Source: a virus (taxonomy: Duplodnaviria > Caudoviricetes). From it: 64,000 nt of DNA. Shown piece after piece: positions 56,524 to 64,000 of the stretch. Within the stretch, counting starts at the first letter, position 1, and each line of letters opens with the position of its first letter. Where the stretch lies: positions 23,967 through 87,966 of IMG/VR virus record IMGVR_UViG_3300002220_003854; one strand, written 5' to 3'. A program made the position numbers and the translations under genes. Below the pieces are notes generated by a model that did not search any database, was not told the origin of the DNA, and worked only from the letters and a program-made list of their open reading frames with translations.

Positions 56524-57114
56524 TCATTTATCCAAATGTATATACACTATACCGTTACATTTCTCGTCACTTTGTTTCCAAGACAACCCAATAGATGTCC
56601 AATCGCTAGGTTCTTTCTTTATTTCTACGACCTTTTTATTTTCTATTTTGATTTTATCAGTGATCGAATTTGATGAATTCAGCCACCAAGCATTTTTGAT
56701 ATGGAAACAATCATGGTCATCCCCGTCTGATACGTAAAAACTTACACCGTCATTGAACGACGATTTGATTTTTATTTTAGAGGCGTACAATCTACCTTCA
56801 GTAATGTGATTTATTTTTTGTAACACCAATGCTGCTATGATCTGATCATATGGGTCGTCAGGTAGGATACAAACTTTTAATTTGGCTTTTGCGTAATTAT
56901 CTATTACAGCTTTGTGTTTAGTGTTGACGAATACTGAATTCTCTAAACAGTCTGAGAACAGATAATTTATCCGGGATATAGCAATGCGTTGCTCTTCTGG
57001 TATCTCAGTGACCACATCTAGATGTACCGTTAGTTCATATGAGTTTATTCGGTACATGTCTTCGAAATGTAGACCTGCCAAGAAAAAAAACTCTTTAGAA
57101 ACTTTAGCGCTCAT
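56524..57114 (-). CDS. hypothetical protein
   Basis: 196 aa ORF. Confidence 0.7.
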   Translation of the reverse strand: MSAKVSKEFFFLAGLHFEDMYRINSYELTVHLDVVTEIPEEQRIAISRINYLFSDCLENSVFVNTKHKAVIDNYAKAKLKVCILPDDPYDQIIAALVLQKINHITEGRLYASKIKIKSSFNDGVSFYVSDGDDHDCFHIKNAWWLNSSNSITDKIKIENKKVVEIKKEPSDWTSIGLSWKQSDEKCNGIVYIHLDK

Positions 57115-57344
57115 TTTTCGGTTTGAATATTAATTTTAGTCTGAATGTTTTGTTTTTTAATCATGTCATCCATTTTCTTTGAGTATTCTGTTCTATAACT
57201 TTCTAAAACCATCAATAATTGATGTATTAATGGTCCGTTTTGAGTTCTATACGCAAAGTTCAATTTATTATTTATAGTTGAAATATTCGTTTGTAGCTCG
57301 TCTAAAGTCTTAGCAGACAGGTCAGTTATAAATGGGTGTTGCAT
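57111..57344 (-). CDS. small coiled-coil protein
   Basis: 77 aa; ATAAATA upstream. Confidence 0.7.
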   Translation of the reverse strand: MQHPFITDLSAKTLDELQTNISTINNKLNFAYRTQNGPLIHQLLMVLESYRTEYSKKMDDMIKKQNIQTKINIQTEK

Positions 57345-57356
57345 AACAAATATTTA

Positions 57357-58640
57357 TTACCAAGCCGATAGAGCCGATCTTTTCCATATATCTGACCCAA
57401 TGTAAATGGTTGCTGTACAACTTCCGGTGGCAGTAGATAAATCAACTACTGAATCTGCTACTCCATTAGTTCTAGATCGACTGACTGTTATTGTAGTGCC
57501 TGAGGGTATAGTCTTGACATAATACACAGTATTAGCTGTAATCCCTCCAAACGTATCACCTATAAAAATCACTGGATAATTTATTTGCAGCCCAGTTGTA
57601 TTGTTTAATGTTATGACGTTAGTAGTTGCCGTAGTGTTAGTAACTATTTTAACATAAGTAGTTGCATCGTATGTATCGGTGCATATATAGGTGTAAGATA
57701 CTGGATTCCCGAACATTGCACTAGTTGGGCTAGAGTTTCCAGCTAAGTTAACATTGGCTCCACCAACAGTAGAAGAAACTGTGAATGTAGTATTAGAAAC
57801 AACATTACGCACAAAATAGGTGTTTCCTATTGCAATATTTGCTTCCATACTCACGCCGGTAAACACAATCGGCAAGTCTTTATATATTTGAGACGTATCC
57901 ACTGTCGTAAAGTAATCCGCTGCGTTAGTATTACCAATGGTTAGTTGATTATAAGTTTCTCCTAGCGCTATTGTACCCGAAACATCTCCTGGTAATCCAG
58001 TTGGAGGAGGAGTACGCTTTTGTATTTGAGTAGAAATTCTAGGTCTATTATATGGTTCAATTACTACTGAATTTCCACAATCCACTGAACTTAATCGATA
58101 ATCTAATTGTGTCACCTGATTTGGTACTGTCACCGTGGGTACGTTAGCGATATTTGAATAATTTTCTAACGTAGTTACTCCAAAGTTATTATTCGCGAAA
58201 ACTACTTGACTAGGAAAAGATATATAAGCATTGCTGTTACTGATAGATAATTGAAGTTCGATATTACTTTGTGTCCCCACAGGGGCCCATCCACCGAACT
58301 GAAGAGTCACATTGCCTGCTACAGTGCCGTATTGCACATCACCTAACGTAGCATCTATTAGAACTGTACCTGACAACGAATTACCTAAATTATAAGTCGT
58401 GGCCCTAAAACCTAAGGTAGATGCATTACTTATTAATGCATTACCCATATCATTGTTTAGTGATGTGTTCGCGAGTGCAGACTTTAATATTACTTTGTTT
58501 TGCAAGTCTGATATCTCGGTACTTGCAACATTTAAGTTATTTTTAATTGAGGTGAAATTATCTCGAAAGCCCTGTGAATTATTATTCACCCCAGGTATAG
58601 GGTAATTGACATCGATGCCGTTAGTATTAATTGTACTCAT
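57357..58640 (-). CDS. virion tail/baseplate-associated structural protein
   Basis: N/T/S-rich; N-terminal NNSQGFRDNFTSIKNNL; two repeated VFxG..ANTxYxV modules; TATAAATA upstream. Confidence 0.65.
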   Translation of the reverse strand: MSTINTNGIDVNYPIPGVNNNSQGFRDNFTSIKNNLNVASTEISDLQNKVILKSALANTSLNNDMGNALISNASTLGFRATTYNLGNSLSGTVLIDATLGDVQYGTVAGNVTLQFGGWAPVGTQSNIELQLSISNSNAYISFPSQVVFANNNFGVTTLENYSNIANVPTVTVPNQVTQLDYRLSSVDCGNSVVIEPYNRPRISTQIQKRTPPPTGLPGDVSGTIALGETYNQLTIGNTNAADYFTTVDTSQIYKDLPIVFTGVSMEANIAIGNTYFVRNVVSNTTFTVSSTVGGANVNLAGNSSPTSAMFGNPVSYTYICTDTYDATTYVKIVTNTTATTNVITLNNTTGLQINYPVIFIGDTFGGITANTVYYVKTIPSGTTITVSRSRTNGVADSVVDLSTATGSCTATIYIGSDIWKRSALSAW

Positions 58641-58668
58641 AAGTTGTATTCCATGTATTATTTATATA

Positions 58669-61176
58669 TCAAGAGTTGTCAGGTAAAATTGTTGCTCTGG
58701 GAAACAAAACATAAAAATCTTTACTGTTAATGGGATTTGGCGCAGGTGTTGCACTAGGTAGCCCTGTCCACGCGGGCGGCACTGCACTGTTGTCGTAATT
58801 ATATGTCAACGTCTTATTCACAGCGAATCGGTCTAAGTTAAATCCAATTTGATTTAATGTATACGGCTTACCGGCAGAATTTGTCCACATTGTTTCTATA
58901 TTTTCTTTTATTGTAGCAGAGAACCCTGGCTTAGTATAGCAAATAACCCAAGCTTGAACATACCCTAATGTACTACCATCTGATTGTTGACTAGTCATCC
59001 ATAAGGGTAATAACCTACTGTCATCTTCTAGACCCAATACTTGTGCGACTCTGTTTCTCATGTTCGGTAAACTATTAGGATATAATATTCTAGTAGACCC
59101 CGGAGACAAACTAGTATAGTAGTCCTGAGATAATACATTTACATAACTAGTATAAATGTCAGTTGCACTACTGTACCACGGCCCCAAGTTTAAATTTATT
59201 CGCCTAGGCCAAGATATTTCTTGGCTCACACTGATTCCCTTAGGATTTATCAAGTCATCAATGATCTGACTATACACCACTTCGTATATAGTCTCCCCAA
59301 ATTCATTTTTAGCCACTGCCGTTTTTAATTCGCCCAGTGTAATATTTCTATTATAATGGTTCTTAGTAACTGAGTCCAAGTATTGATTTATATCGCTAGC
59401 ATATATACCGTACGCATGTTCATATGTTACGCTAGTTGCTTTTCCAAAAAAAGCATCACTTGGTCTATATAGATATTCTGGCGGAATTATAGAATCATCA
59501 GTTAACAATGTTTCTAATATTTTTCTATTAGAGATAGACGGAGTTGCTTTGATATAAACTGTGTCAGTTGGATGTTCAAACACTTTTTGCACAGATAATT
59601 TAAAGGTTTTATCTGAGGTGACTAAAGGATAGTCCGGTGAGTATGCACGAATGGTGAAACTAAACTCAGAAATACCACCCAGAGGTAATAAGTTGCTATT
59701 GGGTTCATCTGCTACGTATCCTACTATTTCTCCGTTTGACAAAAGAGTTAATGTTGAGGGAAGAGAGCCGTCTACTAAACTATATTCTAGTGGAACGTCT
59801 GCATTTGCTAAAACATTTTTGGTGCATATAGTACTTGTCAATAACGTACCCAAATTGCTAGGAGTTACCCAAGTCACATCGGGAGTAATAACATTAGATA
59901 TGTTAAATTTAAAATTGAAGGTTGAACTTTTTATCGCTGGATTAGAAATTTTATGTGCTATCACACTGAATGAGTACTGGGTAAGGTTTGGTTCTGTGAC
60001 TATCGGGGTTCCTGTAATCCATCCAGTATTTAAATTACCACTCAACCCGTCTGGGAGTCCAGAAAATTCATACTGTAAGTTCGTACCATCAAAATCATGT
60101 CCTATTACTTTAAACGAAAAGTAATCCCCGGCGGTGAACGTACCCATAAACGCGCTTTCGTTACTAGGATATGTAGTACCATCTATCTCATTAGGTAATA
60201 AGTAATATCCGTAGTAAGAATCAGCCGAACTTAAGTTGATCTTAGGGGGTCTAGTATTATAAATAGTAGGTTTTCGATTATTTGCTAGTAACCCGGGTCC
60301 TCCCTGATTATTAGGAGTACGCTGATTAGTGACAGTTATTGAATAGGATGCCATATATGTACCCAATGGGCTACGAAGTATGGTATTAAAATTATAAGTT
60401 TTTATAGTAGGTTGGCCAATGGTAATGTTTGGAAGGTATGCAACCATAAAGCCTATCGCAGTAACTAATTGGACAACAGAACCATCTTGCGTAGCAGCTA
60501 TTGTAAAATTTGTGTTAGACACAACTGTTTTAATGTAATAAGTCAACGATGAAGACAGTCCCCCTATTAACGTTCCTGAAAATCTTATTGGTCTGCCAAG
60601 TCTAAACCCCGCAGTACTTAAACAGGTTAACTCATTAGTTGACCCATTGGTGCCAGTGATTGTAGAATTTATGTCGTATAAAGTTAAAGTTTCAATGGGG
60701 GGTTCAGCATATCCCCTAATTAGTCCAGTGCTATTCATTTCTAATCCAGGGGGTAACGCTCCATCTAGGACATTAATTTCTATAGGATTTGAAGGTATTG
60801 GATTATCATAGCTTAGCTGTAATTCTACCCACGTGCTGTCGTTCACACTTAAAATATTTCCAGGGGGTGTAGTAAGCTTTGGCGACACAAAACCAGTTAC
60901 AGTCATCGAGAACGTTCGGTCTTTGATGTTGTTCAAATTATCAGTTACTCTTACTGTAAACAGCATAGAAGATTCTTCTGTGGCTAAATCAGGTGTACCT
61001 GTGATTAACCCGAACGTAGTAATAGTTAATCCACTGGGTAATGAACCACTCAATAACTTGTACGTCACGGCTGTTGCAGGCAATGCCGGCAATGCAGTCA
61101 ACTGCACAGATAGTGGAATTAATGCTGGAAATCCGCCTAACGTTCCTGCAGGGGTAATCCAAGTGGGTTGTATCAT
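58669..61176 (-). CDS. structural protein with putative Ig (He_PIG-like) repeats, baseplate-wedge-like
   Basis: Repeated GSLPSGLT..GLITGTP motifs. Confidence 0.7.
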   Translation of the reverse strand: MIQPTWITPAGTLGGFPALIPLSVQLTALPALPATAVTYKLLSGSLPSGLTITTFGLITGTPDLATEESSMLFTVRVTDNLNNIKDRTFSMTVTGFVSPKLTTPPGNILSVNDSTWVELQLSYDNPIPSNPIEINVLDGALPPGLEMNSTGLIRGYAEPPIETLTLYDINSTITGTNGSTNELTCLSTAGFRLGRPIRFSGTLIGGLSSSLTYYIKTVVSNTNFTIAATQDGSVVQLVTAIGFMVAYLPNITIGQPTIKTYNFNTILRSPLGTYMASYSITVTNQRTPNNQGGPGLLANNRKPTIYNTRPPKINLSSADSYYGYYLLPNEIDGTTYPSNESAFMGTFTAGDYFSFKVIGHDFDGTNLQYEFSGLPDGLSGNLNTGWITGTPIVTEPNLTQYSFSVIAHKISNPAIKSSTFNFKFNISNVITPDVTWVTPSNLGTLLTSTICTKNVLANADVPLEYSLVDGSLPSTLTLLSNGEIVGYVADEPNSNLLPLGGISEFSFTIRAYSPDYPLVTSDKTFKLSVQKVFEHPTDTVYIKATPSISNRKILETLLTDDSIIPPEYLYRPSDAFFGKATSVTYEHAYGIYASDINQYLDSVTKNHYNRNITLGELKTAVAKNEFGETIYEVVYSQIIDDLINPKGISVSQEISWPRRINLNLGPWYSSATDIYTSYVNVLSQDYYTSLSPGSTRILYPNSLPNMRNRVAQVLGLEDDSRLLPLWMTSQQSDGSTLGYVQAWVICYTKPGFSATIKENIETMWTNSAGKPYTLNQIGFNLDRFAVNKTLTYNYDNSAVPPAWTGLPSATPAPNPINSKDFYVLFPRATILPDNS

Positions 61177-61178
61177 TT

Positions 61179-61799
61179 TTAACCTTTGAAATGCGCAATT
61201 GCTATTTTATAGTGATGTAGTCTGTCCTCTAACCCTATAGTTCCGCCATTAATTCTTCTGGTCAACGTTATAAAATCATTAGCATCACAGAAGCGATTTA
61301 GTTTATTAGTATCCCAAAACCAGCCTGCACTAGCAGTCGCGCCGCTAGGGGTCTCTAGATATTTTATAGTATCATCTAATGTCATGTTCAATGATTCTGC
61401 AAATTTAGTATAATTTTCTCTTCCAGTAAGCTGAATGAGTCCTCGACCCCTAAATTTCCATCCATCACCAGATGTTTCATCACCGTTTCGCATCCTATTC
61501 GCGTATACTCTATTTGCTATCTTCTCCGGATTTCTTTCATATTGTTTCGCTATAGCTTCTGTGGGAAAATACTTCTTAAACGTTGTTAATAGTCCTCTGG
61601 AACTATAGTTTAAATTTTCTATAATCGCATTGAATCCCGCGGATTCATGTGCGATTTGAGCCAAGAATCCAGAAACTCGATTAGTGTTTTCGAACATATC
61701 GTAGTATTCTGCCACAGTGTTCAATGGCTCTACGTAACCCTCTAATATTGTTTTTTTAGTTTTAGGGCATATTTTTTGTAATAGTTCTAATGTAATCAT
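61179..61799 (-). CDS. glycoside hydrolase family 19 lysin
   Basis: FLAQIAHESAGF, ENLNYS, FRGRGLIQLTGRENY, INGG..GLEDR. Confidence 0.92.
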   Translation of the reverse strand: MITLELLQKICPKTKKTILEGYVEPLNTVAEYYDMFENTNRVSGFLAQIAHESAGFNAIIENLNYSSRGLLTTFKKYFPTEAIAKQYERNPEKIANRVYANRMRNGDETSGDGWKFRGRGLIQLTGRENYTKFAESLNMTLDDTIKYLETPSGATASAGWFWDTNKLNRFCDANDFITLTRRINGGTIGLEDRLHHYKIAIAHFKG

Positions 61800-61802
61800 G
61801 AT

Positions 61803-64000
61803 TTATTCCAAATTTAAGACTGTTCTGATTTCGCTGATTAATTGTTCATGGCGAGACAATATATTGGTTTGCTCTTTAATGGCTTCAATTAATAGCCCGA
61901 TTAAACTTCCATAACTAACACTTTTTTGCCCAGACTCATCAGTAGAGACAATTTCAGGAACGATTTGTTCAATTTCTTGAGCAATAACACCCATGCTAGC
62001 TTTGCCGTTATCTGCCCATTTAAATCGTACTCCCCTCAATCCCATTACTAAACTTATAGCAGATTGAATAGTTTCTACTTCTTGTTTCTTCGTCAAATCG
62101 GACAATGAATTAAAATCAGTTGCATTTAATTGCCCAGTACTAGGATTGAAGTACAATTTACTAGAAGATACATTTGCGGCTGCGATAGAGCCAGATGTCG
62201 CAGTAGTGATAGGGACATAATATGTGGCATTAGTTGTGGTATCGTTCGTGATTGTTATGCCGGCACTGATAGTAGACCAAGTCTGGTCACCTCTTAAATA
62301 CGTTTGGTTATTTGCTGTGCCAGTAGCTAATCTAGCGGTTGGCACAGTACCACTAGCCAGATTAGTTGCGTTTAATGCAGTGATACTAGAGCCGTTAGCA
62401 GTGACCACTCCACTAACATTCAACGTACCGGTTATATTAGCACCTGTGCCAGTTACAACTACTATGTTTGCATTTCCTGCAGAAGAAATATTTATATTTC
62501 CATTAGCACTTGGCATTCGGATGTTAGACGTACCGTTTGCAAAAATACCTATTAAATTGCCACCTGTTATATTACCAGTTACTGATAACGAAGTTAAAGT
62601 GCCGGTACTAGTTATATTGGGTTGTGATGATGTAGTTAGCGTGCCAGCAACCAAAGTGCCAGATAAGTTACCTGCGTTTATGTTACCCGAAACAACCAAA
62701 CTTGTTAAAGTGCCAGTACTTGTTATATTTGGTTGTGTAGCAGTTGTTAGTGTACCCGTAACTAAAGTACCAGTTAAGTTGCCGCCTGTTATATTACCAG
62801 TCACAGACAATGAAGTTAGCGTGCCAGTACTTGTTATATTGGGTTGCGCTGCTGTAGTTAAAGTACCAGTAATGAAGTTCGCAGATACTAAATTACCCAA
62901 ACTAGCATTCCCGCCAGTAATGTTTCCGCTGACATCCATTGTACCGGTTATATTAACACCTGTGCCAGTTACAACTACTATGTTTGCATTTCCTGCAGAA
63001 GAAATATTTATATTTCCATTAGCACTTGGCATTCGGATGTTAGACGTACCGTTTGCAAAAATACCAAATAAGTTACTACCAGTGATATTTCCTGCATTGA
63101 TTGCACCGTTAACAATTAAGCTAGTCAATGACCCGAGACTGGTTATGTTAGGTTGTGCAGCAGTAGTTAATGTGCCACTTATTAAGTTGGCGCCAGTTAT
63201 GTTTCCGTTAATAGCTAACGCGCCTGGAATCGCTACTGCGCCTGTTGTTTTATTAAAAGTAAATCCTGAGTTGCCCCCAAAGCTAGAATTATCATTAAAC
63301 TGAATTTGTGTATTAGCGCCGCCTGTAGGACTGAAGGCACCAGAAGTCCAACTTAAATCATTGGCACCATTAGTTGTTAAGTAAAAATTGTTTGAGCCAC
63401 CTGAAATCTTGACGTTAGCAACTGATCCCAGTGTCGTGACTCCATTAACTGTTAGTTGAGTCAATGTGCCTAGACTGGTTATGTTACTTTGCGCAGGTAA
63501 AGTAACATTTCCATTTAAATTACCCTGAATCGTGGCAGAAGAGATAGTACCAGACACACTCATGTTTCCCGAAACATTAACGCTATTAGCTGTCACTACC
63601 ATGACGTTCGGGTTTCCGCCAATCGATACTCTAACATTTGAATTTAAATCAACTGCAACATTACTATTTCCATTAACAATTTGCGTTCCTGCAGACACAG
63701 AAATATTAGTCAATAGACTTCCGTCACCTGAGAAAAAGTTAGCAGTGACCAAATTTCCCAAAGTTGCGTTAGCACCTGATATGTTACCAGTCGCACTGAG
63801 CAATCCATTAGAAATTAAATTAGCGCCAGTTATGTTACCAGTAGCACTGATCAATCCACCAGTGATTAAATTGGCACCTGATATGTTACCAGTAGTACTG
63901 ATTAATCCATTAGACGTGATATTACCAGTCGCAGCGATCAATCCGCCAGTGATTAAATTAGCACCTGTTATATTGCCAGTAGCACTGATCAATCCACTAG
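61803..64000 (-). CDS. tail fibre with C-terminal intramolecular chaperone (S74-like); 5' end outside the window
   Basis: GNITG/AQPNITS repeats; SDLTKKQEV...GVIAQEIEQIVPEIV...LIEAIKE. Confidence 0.88.
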   Translation of the reverse strand, partial: SGLISATGNITGANLITGGLIAATGNITSNGLISTTGNISGANLITGGLISATGNITGANLISNGLLSATGNISGANATLGNLVTANFFSGDGSLLTNISVSAGTQIVNGNSNVAVDLNSNVRVSIGGNPNVMVVTANSVNVSGNMSVSGTISSATIQGNLNGNVTLPAQSNITSLGTLTQLTVNGVTTLGSVANVKISGGSNNFYLTTNGANDLSWTSGAFSPTGGANTQIQFNDNSSFGGNSGFTFNKTTGAVAIPGALAINGNITGANLISGTLTTAAQPNITSLGSLTSLIVNGAINAGNITGSNLFGIFANGTSNIRMPSANGNINISSAGNANIVVVTGTGVNITGTMDVSGNITGGNASLGNLVSANFITGTLTTAAQPNITSTGTLTSLSVTGNITGGNLTGTLVTGTLTTATQPNITSTGTLTSLVVSGNINAGNLSGTLVAGTLTTSSQPNITSTGTLTSLSVTGNITGGNLIGIFANGTSNIRMPSANGNINISSAGNANIVVVTGTGANITGTLNVSGVVTANGSSITALNATNLASGTVPTARLATGTANNQTYLRGDQTWSTISAGITITNDTTTNATYYVPITTATSGSIAAANVSSSKLYFNPSTGQLNATDFNSLSDLTKKQEVETIQSAISLVMGLRGVRFKWADNGKASMGVIAQEIEQIVPEIVSTDESGQKSVSYGSLIGLLIEAIKEQTNILSRHEQLISEIRTVLNLE
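62425..63065 (-). repeat. about 125-nt near-exact internal duplication in the fibre gene (516-nt spacing)
   Basis: 62441-62549 is identical to 62957-63065. Confidence 0.85.

Noticed and set aside
56524-57114. Possible third T-fold/QueD-like protein
   Set aside because: No HGH/HRH or catalytic Cys/Glu motif; left as hypothetical
62224-63303. 359-aa plus-strand ORF
   Set aside because: Antisense shadow of the repetitive tail-fibre gene; V/P/L-rich mirror composition, no SD
1-64000. CRISPR array, tRNA genes, reverse transcriptase/DGR, integrase
   Set aside because: No repeat-spacer array, tRNA cloverleaf with T-loop motif, RT motif or recombinase seen by eye; a tRNAscan/CRISPR scan would confirm
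1-64000. Stop-codon reassignment, as in some large phages
   Set aside because: Known enzymes (PolB, ClpA, FolE) are full length in the standard code, and TAA, TAG and TGA all end genes

Overview
This 64 kb window is a gene-dense, AT-rich segment of a large T4-like (jumbo-type) dsDNA phage genome, mostly on the minus strand and read with the standard code. It holds a dispersed T4-type replisome (PolB, probable sliding clamp, clamp loader, RNase H/5'-3' exonuclease, DsbA-like protein). It also holds a 7-deazaguanine DNA-modification region (dpdA-like, folE, queD, queE, a second QueD-like T-fold protein, no queC in the window) mixed with glycosyltransferases and a 3,6-dideoxyhexose cassette. Host-derived genes include uvsE, dadA, tilS, dps, clpA, dnaJ, groES and phoH. 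The right end carries tail/baseplate genes, a GH19 lysin and a tail fibre. The most striking signal is that 12 or more otherwise unrelated proteins start with the same leader, M-[KR]-x-x-[EQ]-[FIL]-x-x-E, which resembles the T4 internal-protein capsid-targeting sequence MKTYQEFIAE. They include three kinases, a GNAT, an amidoligase, a gp88/radical-SAM-like enzyme and zincin-like proteins. Several are built from shuffled modules bounded by [ILVM]-x-E sites, which suggests a virion-packaged, protease-processed set of injected effectors. All calls come from motif recognition by eye; no database search was run.
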